From positions 1,597,306 to 1,661,305 of the forward strand of contig CBDBOV010000006.1 in assembly GCA_965208575.1 (NCBI GenBank): DNA of 64,000 nucleotides, read 5' to 3'. The notes beneath the pieces were generated by a model that was not told the origin of the DNA, ran no database searches, and worked only from the letters and a program-made list of their open reading frames with translations. Shown piece after piece: positions 1 through 10,073 of this stretch. The stretch comes from Spirochaetia bacterium (GTDB taxonomy: Bacteria; Spirochaetota; Spirochaetia; SZUA-6; Bin103). The translations under genes were made by a program, and so were the position numbers. Position 1 is the stretch's first letter. Every line of letters starts with the position of its first letter.

Positions 1-6
1 GGCGGA

Positions 7-564
7 CTAGAGACCGATGTCGTCGGCCACTTCGCGCATCGCCAGAATGACCGTACGGATCAGGTCGTTCAGGTCCGTATCGAGCATTCCGGCGCCGCGT
101 TCGATCACCTCGCGGTCCACGCCGGCGGCGAAGTTGGCGTTCTTCCACTTCTTCCTGACCGACTTCACCTCCAGGTCGCGCACGCTGCGCGATGGGCGCA
201 CCAGGGCGCAGGCGGTCACGAAACCGGTCAGCTCGTCGATCGCGTACAGGGTCTTTTCCAGGTCGGAGAGCGGCTCGACGTCGGTGCAGATCTGCCAGCC
301 GTGCGAAATCACCGCGCGCACGTATTCGTCCGGCCAGCCGGCGGCGCGCAGGATCTGCTCGGTCTTGCTGCAGTGCTGCTCGGGGAACTTCTCCCAGTCG
401 AGGTCGTGCACCAGCCCGATCACCTCCCACGGCTCGGGCTCCTCGCCGCGTTCGCGGGCCACGTAGCCCATGGTGGCGGCCACGGCGCGGCAGTGGTTGC
501 GCAGCGCCGGGTTCTCAATGTATTGCTCCAGGAGCCGTTCGGCGTCGGTTCGGGTCGGTACCAT
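7..564 (-). CDS. HD/HDIG-domain metal-dependent phosphohydrolase
   Basis: C-terminal part of ORF 7..1821 from ATG 564 ([12 protein letters not shown]); motifs [23 protein letters not shown]. Confidence 0.85.
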   Translation of the reverse strand: MVPTRTDAERLLEQYIENPALRNHCRAVAATMGYVARERGEEPEPWEVIGLVHDLDWEKFPEQHCSKTEQILRAAGWPDEYVRAVISHGWQICTDVEPLSDLEKTLYAIDELTGFVTACALVRPSRSVRDLEVKSVRKKWKNANFAAGVDREVIERGAGMLDTDLNDLIRTVILAMREVADDIGL

Positions 565-708
565 GGCACCGATTGTACGTGCCGGGCGCGCACAATGCAC
601 CCCGGCGGGGCCCGGCGGGCGCCCCGGAACGGCACGGCGGTGACGGCAGTCACGGCAGTGGCCGCGGATGACTTCGAGAGGGACGCGGCGGTATGTTTCG
701 CTGACTTC

Positions 709-2244
709 ATGGCCAATCTCCTCAGTTCCTACCTGGCGGCGACTCCGCCCGAGCACGTGACGGCGCCGATGGCCGCCTACGTTGCCGCCCTCGACCAGAT
801 GTACGACGGGTCCCCGGACGTCGCCGCCGCGGTGGTGCGCGAACTCGCCGACCAGCGCGCTCACCTGAAGCTGATCGCCAGCGAGAACTACGCTTCGCTC
901 GCGGTGCAGGCCGCCATGGGCAACCTGCTCACCGACAAGTACGCCGAGGGCGTGCCCGGGCACCGCTTCTACGCCGGCTGCGCCAACGTCGACGAGGTGG
1001 AGCAGCGCGCGGCGCATCTGGCGTGCGAGCTGTTCGGCGCCGAGCACGCCTACGTGCAGCCGCACAGCGGCGCCGACGCCAACCTGGTGGCGTACTGGGC
1101 CATTCTGGCCACGCGCGTGGAGCAGCCCCGGCTGGCCGACCTGCGGGCGAAGTCCGCGCTGGCGCTGAGCGAGACCGACTGGCAGCGGCTGCGCGCGGAG
1201 CTGGGCAATCAGCGCCTGCTGGGCATGGACCTGGGCGCCGGCGGCCACCTGACCCACGGCTACCGGCTGAACGCGTCCGGGCGCATGTTCGAGTGCCACT
1301 CGTACGGCGTGGACCCGGACAGCGGATTGCTGGACTACGACGCGCTGGAGCGCCAGGCGTGCGAGGTGCGCCCGCTGATCCTGCTGGCCGGTTACAGCTC
1401 CTACCCGCGTGCCCTGGACTTCCGCCGCCTGCGCGCCATCGCCGACGCCGCGGAGGCGGTGCTGATGGTGGACATGGCCCACTTCGCCGGGCTGGTGGCC
1501 GGCGGCGCGCTTGCCGGTGACCATGATCCGGTGCCGTTCGCCGACGTGGTGACCTCCACCACCCACAAGACCCTGCGCGGCGCCCGCGGCGGCCTGGTGC
1601 TGTGCCGCGGCGAGTTCGCCGAGGCGGTGGACCGCGGCTGTCCGCTGGTGCTCGGCGGGCCGCTGCCGCAGATGCTGGCCGCCAAGGCGGTGGCGTTCGC
1701 CGAGGCGAACCGCCCCGAGTTCGCAAGCTACGCCCGGCAGGTGGTGGCCAACGCCAAGGCGCTGGCGGACGGGTTGCTGGCACGCGGGCTGGCGCTGGTG
1801 ACCGGCGGCACCGACAACCACCTGCTGGTGCTGGACGTGGCGCAGTGCGGGGTGACCGGCAGGCAGGCGGAATCGGCGCTGCGCGACGCCGCCGTCATGG
1901 CCAACCGCAACGCCATCCCCGGCGACCGCAACGGGCCGTGGTATACCTCCGGGCTGCGCCTGGGCACCCCGGCACTGACCACGCTCGGCATGCGCGAGGA
2001 GCAGATGGAGCAGGTGGCGGCGCAGATCGCGCGCGTGCTCGATGCCGTGCAGCCGGCGCCGGTCACGCGCGGCAAGCTCGCCGGCACTCCGAGCCGCAGC
2101 CGCTACCGCCTGCCCGCCGAGGTAGCCGGCGGGGTGCGCGCCGACGTGGCCCGCCTGCTGGCCGGCTATCCCGCCTATCCGGGCCTCGACCTGGACGTGC
2201 TGCAGACCCTGCTGGCCGACGCCGACGGCAGGTGCTCAGGTTAG
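709..2244 (+). CDS. glyA: Serine hydroxymethyltransferase (long form)
   Basis: [39 protein letters not shown] (PLP lysine), [15 protein letters not shown]; start taken at ATG 709. Confidence 0.96.
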   Translation: MANLLSSYLAATPPEHVTAPMAAYVAALDQMYDGSPDVAAAVVRELADQRAHLKLIASENYASLAVQAAMGNLLTDKYAEGVPGHRFYAGCANVDEVEQRAAHLACELFGAEHAYVQPHSGADANLVAYWAILATRVEQPRLADLRAKSALALSETDWQRLRAELGNQRLLGMDLGAGGHLTHGYRLNASGRMFECHSYGVDPDSGLLDYDALERQACEVRPLILLAGYSSYPRALDFRRLRAIADAAEAVLMVDMAHFAGLVAGGALAGDHDPVPFADVVTSTTHKTLRGARGGLVLCRGEFAEAVDRGCPLVLGGPLPQMLAAKAVAFAEANRPEFASYARQVVANAKALADGLLARGLALVTGGTDNHLLVLDVAQCGVTGRQAESALRDAAVMANRNAIPGDRNGPWYTSGLRLGTPALTTLGMREEQMEQVAAQIARVLDAVQPAPVTRGKLAGTPSRSRYRLPAEVAGGVRADVARLLAGYPAYPGLDLDVLQTLLADADGRCSG

Positions 2245-4338
2245 GGTAGCTATACTCGCCCTCAATTCGGCTAGTTCGGCAACGATATCGGGTCGTCTCC
2301 GGACCTCTCGTTCCACCTCCTGCCATTGCTCGAATTGCGTGATGAGGGTACCGAGATGGCCGGAGTTACGCTTCAGTACATCGTTCACTACGGCCGGCGT
2401 GGCACCGTTCCGGGAAGCGTTGAGGATACAGATCGCAACCATGCGGTGATCTCCTCCCAGGAAATCCAGATCCTGAGACAGGACTTGCGCGTACTCTTCA
2501 GAGCATCGTGTGGATGTTTCGGAAGCGTCTGGCGCTACGTCCAGCTCGCAATAAACCATCGGGTGCCAGCAGAACAACCGCTGGAGGTGGATCTCGATAG
2601 ATTCCGACAAATGACTCAGTGTCATCGTGAGCCAACATTCTCTCGTGCAGTCGAACAATGAGCGCCACAACACCCGCGCCTCATCGGAACGAGAGTTGGG
2701 CGGTGAGAGCAACCAAGCAACTGCCGACACTCCGACCGCGAGAAGAAAGAGAGAGGGAGCAAGTGCATCGCTGTCGTTCGTCCGGGTCCAGTGCTGGACG
2801 CGTCGGCGCTGCTCAACCAGCAAATCCCATGATTGGCGCCATCGCTCGGAGGGATTCGGTTGGTTCGCCACCAAGCTACCGAGGTAGCGTGCCGGCATGC
2901 CGTCAAGGCCCTCTCCTACATTCGTTTCCAGTTCGAATCCAGCGTGGCGCGAAGCCAGCAACCGATCGAACAAGCACAAGCGTTCCCGCTCCACATCACC
3001 GCACGAGTTGTCATTCGCAAAATCGACCAAGCGCATTGCGAGTAGCGCGCCAAGGCGATGATCGGGCGAATCGTCACGCGGTGCGGGCCGGCCCGGGGCG
3101 ATCTCGCCGCCAGGGGGCAGCGTGGAGAAGTCGACCTGATCAGCGATCGTGCCGGTGGTAAGGCCAGCCTTCGCGAGGCCCACGGCCACCCATTCGATCA
3201 GATCAGCTTGCGGGATGCGCCGATCGGAGCTCTGTCGAGTGAATCCAAGGTGGGCGCGCTGTTGACGTTCATCGCCGAGCTTCGTGAACAGCCACTGTTC
3301 AGCGAGGAACTGGCCGTCAGACCGGTCCATGATGACTCTGCCAAGCTGTTTGATCCATGGCAGGAGAGTGCGCTTCACTTTTTCAAGAACCTGCGGTCTA
3401 GTATCGTCCGGGCTATCCGCACATTCTACTCCCCATAGCGCGTCACAGTGATCACCCACGACCTGAAGTACGAGTAATGCGAACGGGTGATGGTTCCACG
3501 ATCGCCCATCATCGCTGCATGGAGGCGCCTTCTCGAGCAAAGCGGCGATTTCCTCGCGGTCATGGATAACTGGTGATCGAAAGAGAATCTGCTGTATCGG
3601 AAGCGGAAACTCCAAACGGTCCAAACAATCAACTATTTCGTCTCTGGCCTCGGCAAGGAGCCCGGGAATCATGCTCAGGAGCTCATCGTGGAAGTTTACG
3701 AACTCAAACTCCTTGAGTCTTTCAATCGACGGCTCCTTACTCCACGCGTCAGCGGCCTGCCTCAGCCCTTCCCGGTCTTGACTTAGAAACGTGCCAATAC
3801 CAGGATCTTCATTGATTTCGTTGACCCGTGACTCGAGCAGGTCAATGATTATGCGGCGAACCGACTGAGATCGACGAATCAGATCTCGTAACGAATCGAC
3901 AAAGCAGGAGGCGAGGAAGAACTCATGACCGATCACATTCCATAATTTGGGAACGAGTAGTCTGATCTGCTCGCTGTCCCGCTCTAGTGCGTCCACGAGA
4001 GCCTTCCCAAACAGCCGGCCCATGACGTCTCGTTGGGAGTGATCACGCCGTTCGATCACCGCCCTGAACCCCGCCTCTAGGGTCTGGCGTTGCCGAGGAT
4101 CCGAAATGGCGTGGAATGCTTCGTCCGGATACCGGGTGGTAAGCACCGCGGTGAAAGTAGCGAGGCCGTTTCCTCGGTCTCCGGAATCGAGCACGTCGGC
4201 TGCAAACAGCACGTCGCGGCACCACTCGGCTAGACCGACGACCATCGCTTCCGCGTCGACGACGCGTGCGGCCGCTTCGGACGCATCTTGGAGCCTCTTG
4301 TCGATGCGATGTTGCTCGAGTCTCGGGTCACGCATCAT
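2236..4338 (-). CDS. Hypothetical ~700-aa, probably alpha-helical protein; third gene of low-GC cassette
   Basis: Long ORF in low-GC DNA; ATG 4338 follows GGAG RBS and overlaps the end of the upstream gene; no motif recognised. Confidence 0.8.
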   Translation of the reverse strand: MMRDPRLEQHRIDKRLQDASEAAARVVDAEAMVVGLAEWCRDVLFAADVLDSGDRGNGLATFTAVLTTRYPDEAFHAISDPRQRQTLEAGFRAVIERRDHSQRDVMGRLFGKALVDALERDSEQIRLLVPKLWNVIGHEFFLASCFVDSLRDLIRRSQSVRRIIIDLLESRVNEINEDPGIGTFLSQDREGLRQAADAWSKEPSIERLKEFEFVNFHDELLSMIPGLLAEARDEIVDCLDRLEFPLPIQQILFRSPVIHDREEIAALLEKAPPCSDDGRSWNHHPFALLVLQVVGDHCDALWGVECADSPDDTRPQVLEKVKRTLLPWIKQLGRVIMDRSDGQFLAEQWLFTKLGDERQQRAHLGFTRQSSDRRIPQADLIEWVAVGLAKAGLTTGTIADQVDFSTLPPGGEIAPGRPAPRDDSPDHRLGALLAMRLVDFANDNSCGDVERERLCLFDRLLASRHAGFELETNVGEGLDGMPARYLGSLVANQPNPSERWRQSWDLLVEQRRRVQHWTRTNDSDALAPSLFLLAVGVSAVAWLLSPPNSRSDEARVLWRSLFDCTRECWLTMTLSHLSESIEIHLQRLFCWHPMVYCELDVAPDASETSTRCSEEYAQVLSQDLDFLGGDHRMVAICILNASRNGATPAVVNDVLKRNSGHLGTLITQFEQWQEVEREVRRRPDIVAELAELRASIATLT

Positions 4339-4966
4339 TTCGTCTCCAACATTCCTCGAAAAAGGGGACTGCACGTGTCGCCGTTTCCGGCCACGGCCCG
4401 CTCACTGCCGTCAATCCGGAGTGCCCACCGCCGACGGTCGCGCCGAAGTGCCAGAGGCCCCCGTCGATGATAGCAAACCGATCATGCAGGAACGGGTAAC
4501 GACCTGTGTCGAGGATCGCGCGCCAGTGAACCTCCACTTGGCGGCTGTCATGCCGCTCTTGGTTGCAGCTCCATGTGAGCATGTTCGCCAGTCGTGTCCT
4601 GACGACATCTCTTAGACGTCCCCTCCCCGTAAGCAGCCGCACGTCGTGGGCTTGGCTGGAAACCAAAGCGCCACCCAGAATATCGGCGCCCTGCTTGTCG
4701 AAGTGACGATCAAGCACGAACACATGCACCTCGGCACCCACTACGGCCTCCTCGAAGGCGATCAGACTGAGTTCGTTGCCAGCTTCGATTGAATCCCTCC
4801 TGGCACGGATTGCGTCCGCATCAGGAAAATGAGGGACGTCATGACGGTCCATGCGCTCTCCATATCTGATCGAGGGCCAGAGCAACTGCGGCCCTACCGA
4901 TGGTGTCGGAAGCTGCTCAACCGCTACCCGCGGGGCGACACCGGCTTTCGGCTGCAGAGGGGTCAT
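4328..4966 (-). CDS. Small PLD-like (HDR-variant HKD) nuclease-domain protein
   Basis: VFVLDRHF and FLHDRFAIIDGGLWHFGATVGG resemble the HxR/K-x4-D-x6-G PLD-like nuclease signature. Confidence 0.7.
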   Translation of the reverse strand: MTPLQPKAGVAPRVAVEQLPTPSVGPQLLWPSIRYGERMDRHDVPHFPDADAIRARRDSIEAGNELSLIAFEEAVVGAEVHVFVLDRHFDKQGADILGGALVSSQAHDVRLLTGRGRLRDVVRTRLANMLTWSCNQERHDSRQVEVHWRAILDTGRYPFLHDRFAIIDGGLWHFGATVGGGHSGLTAVSGPWPETATRAVPFFEECWRRNDA

Positions 4967-5002
4967 GCACTCTCGCCGGGTGCCGTCACAACGGTCGACG
5001 CA

Positions 5003-6574
5003 TCATACGGCGTGGTCCTCGTGCACTGGTAACAACTCCTGGTCGGCACGGTCGGCTAACCACTCCGAGAGAGGACGCGCCTGCAGCCAGAACGATTCGA
5101 GCCGCTCGACGACCGGTTCGGGGTCAGGCAACTTGACGATCATACCTGCCCGCTCCCCGATGCTGTTCAGTGAATTGCCTGAGAACCAGACGCTTCCGTC
5201 TATCACCAGGAAGCGATCGTGTACGGGTGGCGAATCTCCGAGGATCCTTATTTCCGGCTTGCGGGAATAGTCGTCGAACGTAGTCGTTTTAATCTTCTGA
5301 AGGTTCGATCCCGCTTCAAGCGCAGTCTCACCTAAGTCGGAATTCTTGAGACCCCTTGTAGAACTGAGGATACGAATGTGCACTCCGCTACGACTAGTAG
5401 CGTGACCAAACGCTAGTAATTCACGTCCGGCGAAATATGGATCCACAATGAATACCGCGTCGCGTGCCGAGCCAATTCTCGCACGTACAAACTGTGTCGC
5501 CTCTTGTGGAGTTTTGTAGAACCATTCTTGATCATAACCTTTGGCTGTCTGTCGACGAGAGCGTCGCATCTCCGCCTCCACAATCCGCGATAACGGATTG
5601 CGCGCCGTTTCTCCTATGATACTCTCTACTGTATCGCCGACTTCGTCTACTTGGTACCGCTCAAGCGGCCGCCGACGCCCTCCTGCGGGTACCTCAACCG
5701 TCTTTCGTCTCCGTATCATCCCTATACTCGTGCGGATCGATCTAACGAAAGGAGACGGTTTGCTCCAATACAAGAGACCGAACACAGGGTGAGTGATTGA
5801 GATACCTTCCTTGAAAATCCTGGTGGGAAAAGAAGTAACCTTGATCGGATCGTTGTCGAACTCGTGCACCTCAGGAGAGAGTCGACCGCGGACCCGTTCG
5901 TTCGTTATTTCCAATCGCAGCCCCTTGGGACACTGTCCTTGGCGTGTTACTACTCTGTATGCTACGGTCTCAACCGTATGCGTGTCCGTTGCGTTGCGGA
6001 GCGATCGATCGACTGACCGGAAGACAGGATTGGGTGCTGCTATACAAATGGCTCCCTGATATTCGCTATAGGTATCAATGATGTCAAAACCCAACCAATC
6101 CTCCAACTCTCTACGATTCCTGTCGGATTTTATAACATCTCGAACTTCGGCAGGAATAGAATCTCGGGGGAACAGAGAGTGTGATCGCGCGCTAACCATC
6201 CAGTCCGGCACAAAAGGAAGGTCGTTGGATGTGATGGTCTGTGGCCAGCACGGCTCTTGGACGAATGCGCCTGTGGACAGTGTAGCGCCGTCACCAGGTG
6301 TGGGAGTATTCGGATCGCACGGGAGAGTTATTGGGTTTCCTGCGGTTGCACTCCTATACCACTCGATCCCCTCCGTCGATTGCATTAAGAAGCGACGATA
6401 GTAGAGGTACTTCCGTCCGCTTGACGTGGCGCGATGTGTGTATTCTGGAGACCCGACCGCGTCGGGGAACTCATTCGGCCGCAGTTCGACCAAGCCGAAC
6501 AGCAGATGGCGCAGGTGATCGTCCCGGAACCAAGCAAGGTGGATGACGGCCTGACCATACCCAGTGCTCTCCAT
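5003..6574 (-). CDS. VPA1262-like protein with C-terminal PLD-like (HDR) nuclease domain
   Basis: Strong GGAGG RBS; VFIVDPYF and VHDRFLVIDGSVWFSGNSLNSIG at the C-terminus; family resemblance from memory, not searched. Confidence 0.72.
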   Translation of the reverse strand: MESTGYGQAVIHLAWFRDDHLRHLLFGLVELRPNEFPDAVGSPEYTHRATSSGRKYLYYRRFLMQSTEGIEWYRSATAGNPITLPCDPNTPTPGDGATLSTGAFVQEPCWPQTITSNDLPFVPDWMVSARSHSLFPRDSIPAEVRDVIKSDRNRRELEDWLGFDIIDTYSEYQGAICIAAPNPVFRSVDRSLRNATDTHTVETVAYRVVTRQGQCPKGLRLEITNERVRGRLSPEVHEFDNDPIKVTSFPTRIFKEGISITHPVFGLLYWSKPSPFVRSIRTSIGMIRRRKTVEVPAGGRRRPLERYQVDEVGDTVESIIGETARNPLSRIVEAEMRRSRRQTAKGYDQEWFYKTPQEATQFVRARIGSARDAVFIVDPYFAGRELLAFGHATSRSGVHIRILSSTRGLKNSDLGETALEAGSNLQKIKTTTFDDYSRKPEIRILGDSPPVHDRFLVIDGSVWFSGNSLNSIGERAGMIVKLPDPEPVVERLESFWLQARPLSEWLADRADQELLPVHEDHAV

Positions 6575-6657
6575 GATGTTCCTCCGTTCCGAGCAAGGGT
6601 ACCGCTTGCAGCCGCCAGTGCGACCGCAACGCGCAGCGTTCCCTCCTCAAGCAAACT

Positions 6658-6731
6658 CGCGTCCAGCGCGACTCGAACGCGCGACCCGCAGCTTAGAAGG
6701 CTGCTGCTCTATCCGACTGAGCTATGGACGC
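6658..6731 (-). tRNA. tRNA-Arg(TCT)
   Basis: Reverse complement GCGTCCATAGCTCAGTCGGATAGAGCAGCAGCCTTCTAAGCTGCGGGTCGCGCGTTCGAGTCGCGCTGGACGCG folds as a cloverleaf; anticodon loop CT-TCT-AA. Confidence 0.96.
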
Positions 6732-6750
6732 CTGGCGCATGTTCTGACGT

Positions 6751-6823
6751 TCGGGATGAGAGGACTCGAACCTCCGATCTCCTGCTCCCAAAGCAGGTGC
6801 CCTAGCCGCTGGGCTACATCCCG
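6751..6823 (-). tRNA. tRNA-Pro(TGG)
   Basis: Reverse complement CGGGATGTAGCCCAGCGGCTAGGGCACCTGCTTTGGGAGCAGGAGATCGGAGGTTCGAGTCCTCTCATCCCGA; anticodon loop TT-TGG-GA. Confidence 0.96.
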
Positions 6824-6851
6824 GGTACGGCACGCCAATGCCTGACACCGG

Positions 6852-6881
6852 AATATAGAAGCGCAATCGCCACGAGGTCAA
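6852..6881 (-). promoter_or_regulatory. Putative sigma70 promoter of the tRNA-Pro/tRNA-Arg unit
   Basis: Minus strand TTGACC (6881-6876), 18 nt, TATATT (6857-6852), about 30 nt upstream of tRNA-Pro. Confidence 0.6.
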
Positions 6882-6904
6882 CGGCCGCGGGCGGGCGGGG
6901 CGGG

Positions 6905-8140
6905 TCAGGCGAGCAGGCGCGGTGGCGCAACGCCGGGGTCGGCCTCGGCGCGGCCCACCAGGTGCGCGATCAGTGCCGCCGTGGTGACGTCGAGCAGTAC
7001 CGCGGCGCCGGTGAGCAGCGGCAGCACGGGCTGCATGATGAGCGGGCCGTCCGCGAGTCCGTTGCCGGACAGCGACCACAGTATGGTCAGGCTGCCCAGC
7101 GCACCGATGCCGGGCACGGCGCCGGCGGCGAAGGAGAGCAGGAACGTGAACAGCGCGGCAAACAGGAGCTGCTCGACGGTGACCTCGAAGCTGGTGTAGG
7201 AGCGCAGCACCACCAGGTAGCCGATGCCGGTGACCAGCGCGGTGCCGGCGCGTCCGAACACGGTGCACAGCGGGAACACGGTGGCGCTGACCCGGCGCGG
7301 CAGCCGGAACGAGTCGCGGCCGTGCACCACCAGCGCAGCGAGGCTGACGTAGGAGTCGCCGCTGACAAGTGCGGTGAGCGCCGGTCCCAGGGCGGCGTAG
7401 ATCGAGCGGTAGGGGTTGGTGCGCTCGCCGAGCAGGTAGAGCAGGGCCGGAAACACGCCCAGGTAGAGCACGCCCACGGCGACTGCCAGGACCACGATCA
7501 ACTCACGGTACAGCGCCAGGTCGGCCCCGCCGAGCTGCACCGCCGAGGCCGCCGCGATCACCACGACCGCCACCCAGAACAACTCCACCACCAGGGCGTT
7601 GATCTGATAGAAGATGCGGCACAGCGACTCGAACAGTTCCGTCACCGGGCGCCCTGCCGTGTCGTCGAAGTCGAGATGCGCCCCGAACACGAACCCGAGC
7701 GCCAGCAGCGGCAGCAGCATCGAGCCGTCGCCCACCAGCGCCTGGAACATGTTGCCGGGGAAGGTGCCGGCCACGAGGTCGATAAGCCCGGCGGGCGTGC
7801 GCGGCGCCTGCTCGACGATTACCACGATGGGAATGCGCTGCGGCGCCAGCAGCAGTACCGACGCCAGGCCCGCCACGGTGAGCAGGGCGCTGCTGCCGGC
7901 CAGGTACAGCGCCAGCCGCGCATACACGCGCAGCGCGGTGCCAGTCGAACGCAGCTCGTGGGTGCTCATGACCACGCCGAAGAAGATGACCGGGAACACC
8001 GCGTAGCGCCCGACCTGCAGGGCGACCCGGGACAGCCGCGGGAGGAGATCGGCGACCTCGCCGCCGCCGCCGCGGCTCAGCAGGACTCCGATCACCAACC
8101 CGGCCGCCGCCGCCAGCGCGGTCTTGAGCCACAGTTTCAT
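6905..8140 (-). CDS. Dicarboxylate/amino acid:cation symporter (DAACS family)
   Basis: Multiple TM helices, FPGNMFQAL, GDSYVSL, FPLCTVFGRAGTA, AGAVPG; start ATG 8140 (MKLWLK). Confidence 0.8.
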   Translation of the reverse strand: MKLWLKTALAAAAGLVIGVLLSRGGGGEVADLLPRLSRVALQVGRYAVFPVIFFGVVMSTHELRSTGTALRVYARLALYLAGSSALLTVAGLASVLLLAPQRIPIVVIVEQAPRTPAGLIDLVAGTFPGNMFQALVGDGSMLLPLLALGFVFGAHLDFDDTAGRPVTELFESLCRIFYQINALVVELFWVAVVVIAAASAVQLGGADLALYRELIVVLAVAVGVLYLGVFPALLYLLGERTNPYRSIYAALGPALTALVSGDSYVSLAALVVHGRDSFRLPRRVSATVFPLCTVFGRAGTALVTGIGYLVVLRSYTSFEVTVEQLLFAALFTFLLSFAAGAVPGIGALGSLTILWSLSGNGLADGPLIMQPVLPLLTGAAVLLDVTTAALIAHLVGRAEADPGVAPPRLLA

Positions 8141-8271
8141 CTCCGGCAAGGGTGCCGCCGCCGCCGGCCGCCGTCAACGCCCGCGGGTGCCGCGGTGCGC
8201 CACGGCGGCGCCGCCGGATCGGTCCGGGCGGGTCACGAAGCTGCCCGGCTTGCGGCAGGCGCCTGCCCTGT

Positions 8272-9156
8272 TCAGCGCCGGCCGGCAGCTTCCGGAGCAT
8301 GCGAGCGGTCGCCGGACGGGGCGCTGCAGCGGCGTGCCAGGGCGTCGTAGCGGGCGGCCTCGGCGGTACGACCGCGCTTGCGGCAGCCGGCGGCGTAGAT
8401 GCGCGCCTTGCGCGCCAGTTCGGCCGCGGCCGCGGCCCGTTGCGAGCGAGTGAAGTACCGGCAGTCGCCCCGTTCCACAAGGTCTCGCAGCGCGCGCAGG
8501 CGGAACAGCTCGATGTGGCCGTAGCGTTCGGAGAGCTGGTCGCCGTGGCCGGCGCGCTTGATCACCGACTCGCGCTCCACGTAGCCGACCGGGTGGCGCG
8601 CGGTGAGCCGCAGCCACAGCTCGTAGTCCTCGGCGATCTCCAGGTCCTCGCGGAAGCCGCCGGCGGCCTCGAACACGTCGCGGCGCAGCAGCACGGTGGA
8701 GGGGCCGATGATGCACTTGCGCAGCGAGTCCGCGAACAGGTAGCCGCTGCGCCGGTGGCGCTGGCCGCGCTGCGATACGACCCGCCCGCCGCGCAGCCAG
8801 CGTTCACGGGTGTGGTTGATGGCGTCGCCAGCGGCGGTGGCCGCGGCCACCTGCACCGCGAGCTTGTGCGGCAGCCACAGGTCGTCGGAGTCCAGGAACG
8901 CGAGGTACTCGCCGCGCGCCACGCGGACCCCGGCGTTGCGCGCCCGGCCCGGCATGCCGGTGTGGTCCTGGCGCACCAGGCGCAGGCCGCGAAACGACCG
9001 CAGGCGGGCGGCGGTGGCGTCGGTCGAGCCGTCGTCCACCACGATCAGTTCGCGCGCGGCGTAGTCTTGCGCCAGCACCGAGGCGATCGCCTCGCACAGC
9101 AGGGCGGCGCGGTTGTAGGTGGGAATGACGACCGACACCAGCGGCTGCGACTGCAT
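8272..9156 (-). CDS. Glycosyltransferase family 2
   Basis: VSVVIPTYNR, VVDDGSTD, ARNAG, AFLDSDD, EDYELWLR; start ATG 9156. Confidence 0.92.
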   Translation of the reverse strand: MQSQPLVSVVIPTYNRAALLCEAIASVLAQDYAARELIVVDDGSTDATAARLRSFRGLRLVRQDHTGMPGRARNAGVRVARGEYLAFLDSDDLWLPHKLAVQVAAATAAGDAINHTRERWLRGGRVVSQRGQRHRRSGYLFADSLRKCIIGPSTVLLRRDVFEAAGGFREDLEIAEDYELWLRLTARHPVGYVERESVIKRAGHGDQLSERYGHIELFRLRALRDLVERGDCRYFTRSQRAAAAAELARKARIYAAGCRKRGRTAEAARYDALARRCSAPSGDRSHAPEAAGRR

Positions 9157-9242
9157 CACGCACAGGATGCTACCGACGCCGGGCCATGCGCACCAGCGGC
9201 GGGTTGCGGAAATGACCTGCGACCGGCAGGCTCCGGGACGGT

Positions 9243-9743
9243 ATGGCATTGCCGGATCGAATCGCCCTGGTGGGATTCATGGGCTCGGGCAAGAGCACCG
9301 TGGGGCGGCTGCTCGCGACCGCGGTCGGCTACCAGTTCGTCGACGTGGACACGCTGATCGAGCGGGCCGCGGGGATGTCGATTCCCGAGCTGTTCCGGCG
9401 CGACGGCGAGGAGGCGTTCCGGGCCCTCGAGACGCGCATGCTGCTCGAGCTCGGCGCACGTCGCAGCGTGGTGATCGCGACCGGCGGCGGCGCTCCGATG
9501 CGCACCGTCAACCACGAGTTCCTGCGCACCAGGTGCCGCGCCTTCTACCTGCAGATCAGCGCCGCCGAAGCGCAGCGCCGAGTGGGCGGCTCAGGAGGCC
9601 GGCCGCTGCTGGCGGCCACGCCGGAAGGCATAGCGGGTCTGCTCGCGTCGCGCCACGACACCTACGCCGTCACCGGCGAAACCATCCCGGCCGAGGGACG
9701 CTCGCCACTGCAGGTGGTTGCGGCCATCCGTGCGCTGTTGTAA
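9243..9743 (+). CDS. aroK: Shikimate kinase
   Basis: GFMGSGKSTVG, DVDTLIE, GEEAFRALE, IATGGG, RPLL. Confidence 0.93.
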   Translation: MALPDRIALVGFMGSGKSTVGRLLATAVGYQFVDVDTLIERAAGMSIPELFRRDGEEAFRALETRMLLELGARRSVVIATGGGAPMRTVNHEFLRTRCRAFYLQISAAEAQRRVGGSGGRPLLAATPEGIAGLLASRHDTYAVTGETIPAEGRSPLQVVAAIRALL

Positions 9744-9764
9744 CCGGGGTAGACCGGCCCTCGG

Positions 9765-10073
9765 TCACCGCTTGCCGGCGGCGGCACGCGCGGCGAGAAT
9801 GTGCAGCACCTCGTCGAGCGGTACCTCCGCGGCTGCCAGCAGCACCAGCAGGTGATAGATCAGGTCCGCGCTTTCGGCTGCCAGTTCGGCGCCGGTGGCG
9901 GCGGTGATCACTTCAATCGCTTCCTCGCCCACCTTCCTGCGGATGGCGGCGTCGCCGGTGCGAAACAGGGCGGCGGTGTACGAGCCCTCCGGCAGCGTGC
10001 GGCGCCGGTCGCGGATTACTTGTTCCAGCCGTTCCAGGACAACGGCGGCCGATTCGGGCGTCGGGCGGCTCAT
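9765..10073 (-). CDS. hisE: Phosphoribosyl-ATP diphosphatase
   Basis: SYTAALF, KVGEEAIE, ESADLIYHLLV. Confidence 0.92.
   Translation of the reverse strand: MSRPTPESAAVVLERLEQVIRDRRRTLPEGSYTAALFRTGDAAIRRKVGEEAIEVITAATGAELAAESADLIYHLLVLLAAAEVPLDEVLHILAARAAAGKR

Noticed and set aside
6575-6657. Integrase or att site for the PLD cassette
   Set aside because: No recombinase ORF, and I found no duplicate of the tRNA-Arg 3' end at the glyA side
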